From Octopus vulgaris (taxonomy: Eukaryota), in contig OX597835.1 of the NCBI GenBank assembly GCA_951406725.2, forward strand, positions 10,726,001 to 10,790,000: a DNA stretch of 64,000 nt. The letters run 5' to 3'. The notes below the pieces were generated by a model that saw nothing but the letters and a program-made list of their open reading frames with translations, had not been told where the DNA came from and made no database searches. Positions 52,158-64,000 of this stretch are shown piece after piece (positions within the stretch are counted from its first letter, which is position 1; each line of letters begins with the position of its first letter). The translations under genes and the position numbers were made by a program.

Positions 52158-53649
52158 ATAACAGCAACACTAACAACAACAACAAAAATAACAACAACAA
52201 CAACAACAACAAAAATAACAACAGCATCAACAACAACAACAACAACAATAACAATAACAATAATAACAACAGCAACAATAACAACAAAAATAACAACAAT
52301 AATAACAACAACAAAAATAACAACAATAATAACAACAGCAATAACAACAAAAATAACAACAGCAACAAACATAACAACAACAATAATAACAACAACAAAA
52401 ATAACAACAACAAAAATAACAACAACAAAAATAACAACAACAATAACAACAACAATAACAACAACAATAACAACAACAATAACAACAACAACAACAACAA
52501 CAACAACAATAATAACGTGTGAAAGCATTCTCATTATAAAGTGTATGTGTGTGTAAGTGTATGTATGATTGTGTGTGTCAATTTGCTTGTAAGTATATGT
52601 GTGATTGTGTTTGATTGTGTTTGTGTGTGTGTGTGTGTGTGTTTGTAAGAACGTACCTGTGATTGTGTGTGATACTATACATATGTATAATAAGGATGCT
52701 TGTGTGATTGTGTGTGTGTATGTGTGTGTGTATGTACTTTTGTGATTGTTTATGTGTATTTACCTGTGTTATTTTGTATGCGAGTTTGTAAGTATACTTG
52801 TGATTTGTGTGTGTGTGTGTGTGTGTGTTTATGAACATATCTGTAATTCTGTGTGTGTGTATGTGTGTGTGTGTTGTTTCTGTGATTGTGTATGTGTGTG
52901 CAGTGCGTCTGTATGTGTGTGAACATACCTGTGTGATTGTATGTGAGCGTATGTATATGGATGAGTGTATGTAAGCTTACCTTCGTAATTGTGTGTGTGT
53001 GTTAGTGTACGTGTGTGTGTTAGTGTACGTGTGTGTAATTGTGTGTGTGTGTGTTAGTGTACGTGTGTGTAATTGTGTGTGTGAGGCCATACCTTTGGTT
53101 GTACGACTGCGGGTATTTCAGCATACCTGTGTCACAGTGTACATGTATGTGTATGAACATCCGTGTATGTGTGTGTGTGTGTGTGTGTGAGAATACCCAT
53201 GTGACTGTGTGTGTGTATGTATATATATGTATATACATATGTGTATACCTGTGTGACTCTGTGTATGGTTGTGTGTGTGTGTATGTGTGTCTGTGTGTAT
53301 GTATACCTGAGTGACTGTGTCTGTGTACGTATGAGTGTTTGAGAGAAAACCTGTGTGATTGTGTGCATTTATGTATGTGTGTGTGTGTATGTGTGTGTGA
53401 AAGAAACCCACGTGACTTCTGTGTGTGTGTGTGTGTATGTGTTAGGATACTTGTGTAGGTGTCTGTGACAGTATGTATGTATGTATGTGAGTTAGTGAGT
53501 GTATGTATGTGTATATGAATATGTGTGTGTGTGTTATAAACCCACGTGACCTGTGTGTGTGTGTGTGTGTGTTTAGGTGTCTGTGACAGTATGTCTGTGT
53601 GTGGAATGCAATGTTTATGACAAAATATTAACATACAGTGGACACTACA

Positions 53650-53699
<50 letters not shown>

Positions 53700-54130
53700 C
53701 TCTCTCTCTCTCTCTCTTTGTCTTTCTTTCTCTGTCTTTCTCTCTCCCTCTCTCTCTTCATCTCTCTGCATCTTGCCTTCTCTTACCTCCCTCTCTCTCT
53801 CTGGCATTTAATCACTCTCTCTCTTTGTAGCTGTCTTTCTGACTGTCTCTTCTTCTCTCTTTTCATCTCTCTCTCTCTCTTTCTGTGTATCACTTCCTCT
53901 TTCTTGCCCCCTCTCTATTCCTCTCTTTCCCTCTCTCCTTTTGTAATTGTAGTAACTGTTGCATAATTTTATCCTCTAATCTACACCAATGGTGCACTTT
54001 CACAAACACACACACACACACACACAGACACACACACTTAAACGTACACAAACGCAGAAATAATTACACATACAGACATAATACATGCACATACACAAAC
54101 ACACACAATTGAATACAAACACATACATAG

Positions 54131-54171
<41 letters not shown>

Positions 54172-54223
54172 CACATGTATAAACATACAAACACAAATGC
54201 TTACACACAAGCACACATACAAG

Positions 54224-54269
<46 letters not shown>

Positions 54270-54359
54270 TAAATACACACACATACACACACACCAGATT
54301 TGAAATAGCTAAACTCATTCTCAGAAATGAATTTCATACGAGCATATTCTTCAACCACT

Positions 54360-54740
<381 letters not shown>

Positions 54741-55214
54741 GGAATTATGTCTGATGGTGAGGGAATCAGCAAAGACACTAGAGAGGTACTGCTATAGTAC
54801 CACTGCACTCTACTGGTGTAGTACATGGTACTCTACTCCACTGAAGTACTGCAGCACTGTACTATTGTGGTACTACAGCACTTTCTCTGGTATTTTACCG
54901 ATGTAATATTTGAACTTTGAACATAGAACTCAATACAGTAAACCATTTGATGCCAAAGCATTTCTACCACAGCACTGCTCTCTCTCTCTCTCTCCCCCTC
55001 TCTCTCTCTCCCTCCCGCTCTCCCTTTTTCTACCCCCCCTCTCTCTCTATCTGGCTGGGCAACCATGTACCTCTTCTTCACCGAGACATCTGTTTCTGCC
55101 TCTCTGTCTCTCTAGCACACTCTGACCTTTCATCATCTGACATGAGGTCACCTCCTCCAATGACCCCCCTCCCCTCTCAACGATTCCTTTTCTTGCAAAT
55201 TACTTGGTGACCCT

Positions 55215-55497
55215 GCCATTGCCTTTGCCCCGTAACAAGCGTCCAGTCCACACTGTAAACCTGTTGGCATTTAGTAGGGCATCAAGCTGTAAGAACCATG
55301 CCAAAACTGACCTCGTCTGCGTTGGTGCCACATAAAAAGCATCAAGTCCACTTTGCAGGGTGGTTGGTGTTAGGAAGGGCATCCAGCAGTAAAAACCCTT
55401 CCCAAAAAAAAAAAGAAGTCTGATGCAGTCTTCAGCCTGGCCACCTCCCAGCATGGAAGGCTGACGTTAAATGATGATGATGATGATGATGATGATG
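55215..55497 (+). mobile_element. Older RTE-tailed element 3' end
   Basis: ggttggtgttaggaagggcatccagc...cagcatggaaggctgacgttaaa(tga)n; a similar piece lies at ~63475-63580. Confidence 0.7.
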
Positions 55498-55846
55498 CTG
55501 TTTCGAGTACCCTTTGACCTATAGCCTGTCACCTATTATAAATATACACTCACTACCGACATAGCAGTGATTCCCGCTAGTGGGGCATGGGAAGATTGTG
55601 GTGGGTTGTGGGGTCCTAAATTTCATTCACTTTTAGTGGGACATGAAAATCCTCTTATTCTTTTGTCTCAGTCATCTGGCTGTGGCCATGCCGGAGCACT
55701 GCCTTGAGGGGTTCTAATTGAACAAATTGACCCCAGGTCTTTTTTTTTATTTTAAAGCCTAGTACATATTTTATTGGCCACTTTTGCTGAATTGCTAAGT
55801 TACAGGAATGTAAACACACCAACACCAGTTGATGGGGAGCAAACAC

Positions 55847-56390
55847 TATGTCAAGTTACTGAGAACGCGACAACAGTGCTCCTGACATTGTTCTCACATA
55901 TGGTTGATGAGCAGAGGTCTTACCATGCATCATCTCAAGTTCTTGCTACTCTCCTCCTTGATGACCCTGGACAGTGGTGGCCACCGAGATGTTGTCATTC
56001 TTCACAAGTACAGTCATTTTGATCTTTACATCACTCTTGAAGGCCTTTCTCACAGTCAAACGATTGACAGCTTGGGGTCAGCTTGATTGAAGTTGATCTT
56101 TGAGGATTTCCCCATTCTTGAGCCTTTTTGAGACTCTGTGGGCATCTGTCTGATGTTGAGCCGCTTGGTAATGTTGGACTTGTTGTGGCCCATGCACAGG
56201 AGAGGAGAGATCTCAATTCTTTTCGCTTCAATCTCAAAACACCTGCACACAATGGTAAAGAGGTTTCAAGAACATTTGCTGGAAAAGTTGAACTTTAAGT
56301 ACGTTTGATGGCACAATTTCTATCACACACGGAAACCTCTCAAAAAACCCAAAGCTAAGAGTAACAGGACTTTTGCAAAGCCTGGTAAAT

Positions 56391-56391
<1 letters not shown>
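55847..56391 (-). pseudogene. Tc1/mariner transposase 5' fragment (HTH region) with left end
   Basis: Minus frames: EAKRIEISPLLCMGHNKSNITKRLNI / HRVSKRLKNGEILKDQLQSS*PQ..VRKAFKSD.KIKMT / SRVIKEES..VRPLL; TIR-like taccaggctttgcaaaagtcctg; lies between two halves of a minus SINE A (55655-55846, 56392-56590). Confidence 0.75.
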
Positions 56392-56436
<45 letters not shown>

Positions 56437-56588
56437 TGAACTTCTTTCAGTTTCTGTTTACCAAATACTCTCACAAGGCTTTCGTCTGTCTGGGGCTATA
56501 GTGTAGGAGACACTTCCCTTAGGTGCCATGCACTTGGACTGTGGGACCAAACTTAGGACAATGTGGTTGGGAAGCAAACTTCTTACCA

Positions 56589-56627
<39 letters not shown>

Positions 56628-56652
56628 GCATTGTGAGTTATGAGGTACCCTT

Positions 56653-57066
56653 AGGCGCAGGAGTGGCTGTGTGGTAAGTAGCTTGCTTACCAACCACATG
56701 GTTCCGGGTTCACTCCCACTGCGTGGCACCTTGGGCAAGTGTCTTCTACGATAGCCTCGGGTCGACCAAAGCCTTGTGAGTGGATTTGGTAGACGGAAAC
56801 TGAAAGAAGCCCGTCGTATATATGTATATGTGTATATATGTATGTGTGTGTTTGTGTGTCTGTGTTTGTACCCCCCCCCCCACAACATCGCTTGACAACC
56901 GATGCTGGTGTGTTTATGTCCCTGTAACTTAGCGGTTCGGCAAAAGAGACCGATAGAATAAGTACTAGGCTTACAAAGAATAAGTCCTGGGGTTGATTTG
57001 CTTGACTAAAGGCGGTGCTCCAGCATGGCCACAGTCAAATGACTGAAACAAGTAAAAGAGTAAAGA
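56653..57066 (+). mobile_element. SINE family A, full length
   Basis: Near-consensus copy. Confidence 0.9.
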
Positions 57067-57813
57067 GAAAGAGTTATGTCGAACAAGTTTCTACTGTAAC
57101 CCTTTATAACACCAATATTTTCACTGGTTAATTGTTTAATGGTTGGTTACACAATTGCAGAAGCTGTATGGGTTGCCATCGGAAACAAAGAAGCAGGAAT
57201 CACACTCCTGTGCCATTCAGTGGGCAAACTTCTCCGATAAGCATCGCCTGACCGGTGGGCAAACACACAGAACCACCATGGGTACCCATCTAACCAGTAA
57301 GCAAACACTTATGGACCAAACTCCAAGTTTAATCCAGTTCTCTTCTGTAGCTTCTTACTATCATTTCTCCTGCTACTGTCTCTCAATCGACTGACCTGGA
57401 GGTCACTGGACATGTTTGCTAGTATTGTTGTTGTTGTTGGTGGTGGTGGTGGTAGGGTTAGAATGTCTGATGCTTGTGTCTTAAAGGTCGAAGCTATTAA
57501 AACAAAACAGAACCATAATCATACTTTGTTATAGAAGCAGCTTTTTTAGAAATACTTCTTCAATAGTTTCTATCGTAGAAGGATGTACTGTATATACAGA
57601 AGTATATAGCCATATAAAATATATACATCTGTGTATACTATGTACCTATAGAAAGTATATACCTATATGTAAAGTGTGTGTTTGAAACGCAACACACACT
57701 GAATCTATCTATCTATCTATATATATATATATATTATGTGCACACACCTTTATATGGAGGTATATACCAATATATACATACCTTTATATATAAGTTCATA
57801 TCTCTCTCTCTAC

Positions 57814-57871
<58 letters not shown>

Positions 57872-57929
57872 TTATAAGTCTCTGTGAACTGTCAATGAGA
57901 AATATGAAATTCTGTTTTTTGTTTTTGTT

Positions 57930-58950
57930 TCTTTTTTGTGTAGGACAAAATGTTGTCAAAATTCTCATTAAAATCTTGTGGTTCCTCTCATCAAAACTGT
58001 CTGCAAGTGACAATCAGTTAACACTGTGTTAGAAAAGGATTTTATCAGCGCCATCTTTGAAAATGTTTTTTTTTTTTCTCGTAAATAGGTGGCATCAAGT
58101 GCTGGAATCTATTGACAAGCGAAGGATTTTAAAGAAACATATCCTTCGTTTGGGAGGCATTTCTAAAACCGACTCAAGTAATCTCTTTTGTTCTTGTCTT
58201 TTAATACAACATTGTGACTGCAGGTCACTTACTTCGAATTGAAGATCTTGACAAAAGTTCCGAGATAATGCCGTTAAATGGATTTGAAAGACTTTTAATG
58301 CATTTACATTTTTGAGGCAATAACCTGAGTGTAGTGACAACGTTTGGAGTAAATTCTAAAGGAAATGAAAAATTTGGTTGTATTTTTCAAAGCAAGGAAA
58401 ATGGCTGTAGTTATTTAACATTAGCTAGGAACGGGGAGAGAAAAAAAGGTCAATTTATGTTGAGAAGATTTCACAGCAGAGTATATGTCGTGTATAAGTT
58501 TAGAATCACCTTGTTATCTAAACCCAATCTTGTTAAGCTATGTTATTAAGTCAACCAAGGATGCCAATTTCCTCAACCATTCTTAGTTTGCGAGGAACAG
58601 CTGAACCTTGGAGTATGTTCCTTCACAAAAATAATTCCAATCTCCATTCGAAATTGAGAAATTCTAAGATAACTTTTACTGCTACTAACCCTGTAGTATA
58701 ATAAACCAAATCACGACATTTAGCTTCTGTTTCTTTGAAAACTGTTTGAAACAGGCATTGATTGAGTGCAGTCGTTTAAAATTCACCATTGAAATGACTG
58801 CTTCTTTGACATATGACAGAGGTTTAAATGTTTTTCGTAAATTACATTGTAATGAACGAGGCAGTGAAGCGCCGCAAGGTTTGGTGCGTTTCATGCAGTC
58901 ACAAAATTAGTTGGAATTATTCTTTTATGGCATCACTTACTTCAGTGGTT
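57930..58950 (-). pseudogene. Decayed hAT transposase (SPIN/Charlie, GTF2IRD2-like), C-terminal half
   Basis: Minus frames: LHCLVH (CxxH); VKEAVISMVNF; EAKCRDLVYYT; EWLRKLASLVDLIT*LNK...QGDSKLIHDIYSAVKS; DLQFEVSDLQ; ATYLREK..FSKMALIKS...LTDCHLQTVL (dimerisation domain); many stops and frameshifts. Confidence 0.87.
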
Positions 58951-59802
58951 GGGGTGTGTGGCCATGTTGGAGCACCCACTTTGCAGGGATTGTACGTTTT
59001 TTTGAAATGTTTATTCCTGCATTCTTTGTTATGTTATGCAATATTTAAATCGCACAAAGGTGGGAGTATGGAATATGCAGATTGAACTTGTTAAATACCG
59101 AAACACCAACCTACCAAGAAGAAATAGCTGTAGTGGTAGTGGTGGTGGTGGTAGTGGCAGCAGTGGTGGCAGTGGTGTTGGTGGTGGTGGTGGTGGTGGT
59201 GGTAGTGGTAGTGGCAGCAGCGGTGGTGGTGGTAGTGGCAGCAGCGGTGGCAGTGGTGGCGGTGGTGGTGGTGGTGGTGGTAGTGGCAGCAGCAGTGGCA
59301 GTGGTGGTGGTGGTGGTAGTGGTGGTAGTGGCAGCAGCGGTGGCAGTGGTGGTGGTGGCAGTGGTGGTGGTGGTGGTAGTGGCAGCAGCGGTGGCAGTGG
59401 TGGTGGTGGTGGTGGTGGTGGTTTCGAGGTCATGGTTTAATGTCTCCTATTAATTCTTCTTTCCTTTTGACCTTCCTCCCTTCCTTCCTTTTTCCTTTCC
59501 TCCTGTCCCCACCCCTGCCAGATTCCTCTACTCTGTTTCTCCACTGCTATCACCGCCATCTCTAGCAGCAACACCACCTCTTTCTGCTCCTCTCTTCGTA
59601 CCCCCTCCCCCTCGTTATGCCACTACCTTCATCTTCTTCACCAACTCTTACCACTCCACTTTCCACCATCACTTTCTGAATCTTCCTCTACAACCACCAG
59701 CACCACCACACCACCACCACCACCACCACCACCACCACCACCACCACCACACATCTTTCAAAAGTAAATTTAAATGTTAAACTCTGCAATCATAGCTTGC
59801 TT

Positions 59803-59839
<37 letters not shown>

Positions 59840-60152
59840 TTGAATTCTGTTGAAAAACTCTCCACAGACTTTTTGGTTTACAGCACAATGTGTAAAGGAA
59901 ATTGGAATAATTTTTAAGGTGACATAAAAAAAATATCTGAAAATTTCTACAGAACATCTGTGGGTAACTTAAGTGCTAAAAGTACAGTAATTGTCTGCTA
60001 AATTTTCAAGCATTCAACAACAAGGTGTTTATAATATATGTTAGTTACATAAGCAACACCTACATGATTCATCACAGCCTTTACCACTGTTTCTTGATTG
60101 CCATGCACCAGTCAGAGAGCTTACTGTGAACTGTGTTTGATTCTTTGAATCC

Positions 60153-60192
<40 letters not shown>

Positions 60193-60195
<3 letters not shown>

Positions 60196-60635
60196 CGCAG
60201 GAGTGGCTCATAGGCGCAGGAGTGGCTGTGTGGTAAGTAGCTTGTTTACCAACCACATGGTTCCGGGTTCAGTCCCACTGCGCGGCACTTTGGGTAAGTG
60301 TCTTCTACTATAGCCTCGGGCCGACCAAAGCCTTGTGAGTGGATTTGGTAGACGGAAACTGAAAGAAGCCCGTCGTATATATGTGTATATATATATATAT
60401 ATATATGCGTGTATGTGTTTGTGTGTCTGTGTTTGTCCCCCTAGCATTGCTTGACAACTGATGGTGGTGTGTTTATGTCCCCATTACTTAGCGGTTCGGC
60501 AAAAGAGACCGATAGAATAAGTACTGGGCTTACAAAAGAATAAGTTCCAGGTTCGAGTTGCTCGATTAAAGGCGGTGCTCCAGCATGGCCGCAGTCAAAT
60601 GACTGAAACAAGTAAAAGAGTAAAGAGTAAAGAGT
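60193..60635 (+). mobile_element. SINE family A, full length, short head duplication
   Basis: ataggcgcaggagtggct occurs twice, then the consensus body. Confidence 0.9.
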
Positions 60636-61288
60636 ATATATATACGTATGAAAAACTGAAGAATTATAAAGCAAGTGGGCTAGTGACATAGGTGTAGATA
60701 AATAAACTAAAAGATCTTGCACTGAGTGACATACACACAAGATTTGTAGCTAATTGAAATTGTTCTTTTAGTTTGAGAAAGAAAATAAATGCCTAGTGGC
60801 ACTATATACATCTGTAGTGTACACACACACACACGCATGTATATGAAGTCTTCAGCTTAGCAGCGTGATGACAGCTGGAATGCCTAAATATCAAATCATG
60901 GAAGCCACTGTCAAGCTTTCCCAGATGAAAGCTTAAACATGTCCTTTTACTAAAAAGTATTGAGTGATCCCCAGCTTCATTGTGAAATTGGTTTTTCTAT
61001 GTAGAGAACTTTACATATAAACAAACTTTAATATAAATATATATATATATATTCATGTGTATTTGTGCATATGCACACAGCCACATGCAGACACACACAG
61101 ACACACATATACATATATATATGTATGAGTGTGTATGTATATATATATATGTGTGGTGTATGCATGCATATATATATATAAAATACATATATATATATAT
61201 TACGTATATATATATATATGATGTATATATATAAAATACACATACATATATATATACATATATATTATGTATATATAAAATACATATA

Positions 61289-61339
<51 letters not shown>

Positions 61340-63689
61340 TGTATATATGTATGTATATATATATAAAATACATATATATATATATATATTATGTATATAT
61401 ATATAAAACAAAATAATAAATAAAACATATGCATATATATATATATAAACACACACACATATATGCATATATATGTATGTATCTGTATATTTATATATTT
61501 ATGTGTGTGTGGGTGTGTGTAATTTCCCCAATTTAAAGTTGTCTGGAGGAAATAACTCAAGTGAGACCAAATGACTTGAATCTGGAGAATTATGTTAAGA
61601 GGTCATGTACTGAATGCTTTTCCGCAAAATCGAAACAACAAAAAAATATATATATATAAATTAAATAAATTAAATAAAAAAAAAAAAACCCTCCAAAACA
61701 TAAAAATAACAAATTCGCATTTTATTGAGATTTTCCTTTTAGTTTAAAAGAGAAAAACAAACATTTAGCGATAATTGCAATTGAGTTTCATCGGAGATCA
61801 GATTTTTACCTTCGAGCAGGTAATTTTGTGAACCAAATTCTTTATTTCTTAAGAATTATCTCCCCTGTTTTTTGTAACTCTTTTCCAATTACTTGTTGAT
61901 GTTTGTTTGTTTTCTCCAACTGAAAGTGAATTTTCATTTATTTGTAATTGAGTGTATTTATTTAATTTTTTTTGCGTGTGTCATTTAGTACATTACACTT
62001 CAAATTACCTAAAATTTTCTATGCCTTCGGCTTATTTGCATTATTTCTTTTATCTCATAATTATTCTATTAATTATGCAAATTATGTCGGTGAAATATCT
62101 TAGTTATCTCTCTCTCTATATATAAATAAACCATAAGCATCATTTGAGGTTTAATTAAAGAGGCTTAATGTAGATTACATTTCACTAATGAAGTCCTGTA
62201 AGACTGAAACACATACACAGTTGTCTTCCTTTTTTGCCTGCTACCATTAGCTCTACCACCACCACCACCACCACCACCACCACCACCACCGCCACAACCA
62301 CTGTCAAAGAGTTGTTATGCGATCAACATGTTTAAGTCAATGTGTAAATTTTGTGACATTAATTAATTGCCTGGAATCATCTCCCACTTTTTAAGAGCCG
62401 CTAATTATTACTGTTGACTTTTTTCTTTTTTTTTTTTTCTTTTTTGCTCAAACCAAGAAGAAAATTCATTTTGCCACCACCATCACCACCGCAACTGCAG
62501 CTTTCACCATCTCCACCCCCATCACTGCCTATACAACCACATCACTTCTACCCTTGTAGCGCTACAGCGATGACTATACCACCATCATTATTACTACCAC
62601 CACCACCACCACCACCACCATCATAACTACTACTGGTACCACCACCCATAACCACTACCATTACCACAAATTCTGCCAGCACCACCAACAGAACTACCAC
62701 CACTACCATCAGCATTGATGCTACCATTTCATCTTCTACCCTCTCCACCACCACCACAACAACCACCATCTCTGCCACCAACACTACCACCACTATCACC
62801 ACCACCACCCTCAGCACCACTACTAACCAGTGCCACTGCCACCGCTCCTGCCATTGGCTCTACTGCCATCAACCCTACCACCATGACCACCACCACTGTC
62901 AAAGAGTTGTTATGAGATCAACATGTTTATGTCAGTCAGTTCCATGAGTTCACATCTTAAAGAAACTTATATAAGTTGTTGGAAGAAACTTTATTTCTCT
63001 GAGATTTCCAATATGATCATGCTGTGATGCCATTTCAAAAGCTTTTGCCAATTTTTGGTTGGAATAGAGGGGAAAAAAAAGCACAAAAAACAAAACAGTT
63101 ATTTTACTTGTCAGATAATAACAATAATAATAATATTAATAATAATAATAATAACAAGAAGAAGAAAAATGATAATTATAATAATAGTGTTTTTGTTGTT
63201 TGCTAGGGTCCATGTTGTTTGGGGATAATATAAAAGTAAATATAAAAGAAAGGTAAAAAATTAATTAGAGGCTTTACATTGAATTAATTAAAAAGGTAAA
63301 AAAGTTTCTTTATTGTTTAGATAATAATTAAATGATAACATAGAACAAACACAAAAAATGGATCCCTAAATTAGGGAAAGGCAACAATTAGGATGTTTGG
63401 GGGTACCACATATGTAGTCTCATATTACACTGGGAAACTGAAGGCAGTGCCGTTTGTTTTTCTAGTTCTTATTACCAGATTAGATTGGAGACTGGTGCAG
63501 CCTTCTGGTTTGCCCGCCCTTAGTCAAACCGTCCAACCCATGCCAGCATGGAAAGCAGGTGTTAAATGATGATGATGACGATTGCTAATCTACAGGGTTA
63601 CATTGTTTGTCTTCATTCACATTCTCACCTCCTTCTCAATCTTCACCTTCTTTTTCCACACGGTACCTGAAGAATGAAATGTTTGGCTT

Positions 63690-63691
63690 GA

Positions 63692-63743
<52 letters not shown>

Positions 63744-64000
63744 GCCCTGATGCAGTACCAGGCAGTGACTCTCATGGCTTCTGATCTTAACTGATTGGAA
63801 GTGTTATCATGTACATTGTTTTGTCTTGGTATAAAAGATGGGCTACCGCAAATATTCTGCTCAATACCACAGATTTGCTTGTCAGTTGTTTGACCTTAAC
63901 CAGTTGAGTATGTCCCTTGGTGGGTGACGATATGTGCATCTCTGATCACGAGCAGAAGTAGTGGGGGAGCATCATAGCCATGTGTTGAGAGGGATTCTTT
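63690..64000 (-). mobile_element. 3' end of a (TTA)n-tailed retroelement, runs off the window
   Basis: Terminus tggtactgcatcagggca(tta)n also occurs on + at ~37865-37930. Confidence 0.6.

Noticed and set aside
57143-57394. 83-aa non-repetitive ORF
   Set aside because: Non-ATG start, no recognisable motif; probably an old TE or unique non-coding DNA
58888-58912. miR-153-like string (cagtcacaaaa)
   Set aside because: Seed mismatch, no hairpin seen, and it lies inside the hAT transposase remnant
62235-62935. Short direct duplications (actgtcaaagagttgttatg x2; also 38441/38499 and 35821/35864)
   Set aside because: Ordinary local slippage duplications; too short for LTRs and no internal coding

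Overview
Eukaryotic, AT-rich, microsatellite-saturated DNA. The SINE/LINE families look like those of an octopus (coleoid cephalopod); this is recognition from memory, not a search result. I find no intact protein-coding gene, rRNA, tRNA or CRISPR array, and nearly all track ORFs are simple-repeat artefacts. The window reads as a gene desert or giant intron. It holds more than 15 copies of one tRNA-headed SINE (family A), three other tRNA-headed SINE families (B, C, D) and one old (CAA)n-tailed family (E). It also holds many 5'-truncated RTE LINE 3' ends, decayed CR1-, RTE- and Dong/R4-type LINE fragments, Penelope-like fragments, decayed hAT and Tc1/mariner transposases, hAT/piggyBac/mariner MITEs and several minisatellites. 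Best leads: a Penelope-type minimal hammerhead fold with a non-canonical core; a 29-bp minisatellite built on the D-box (TTATGTAA); a dense NF-Y/AP-1/ETS/RUNX/STAT motif island; head-to-tail SINE arrays in (AAT)n; minisatellites with variable microsatellite spacers; several inverted repeats that could form dsRNA; and a speculative phase-consistent chain of small exons. None is a demonstrated new system. Most coordinates were read by eye and are approximate.
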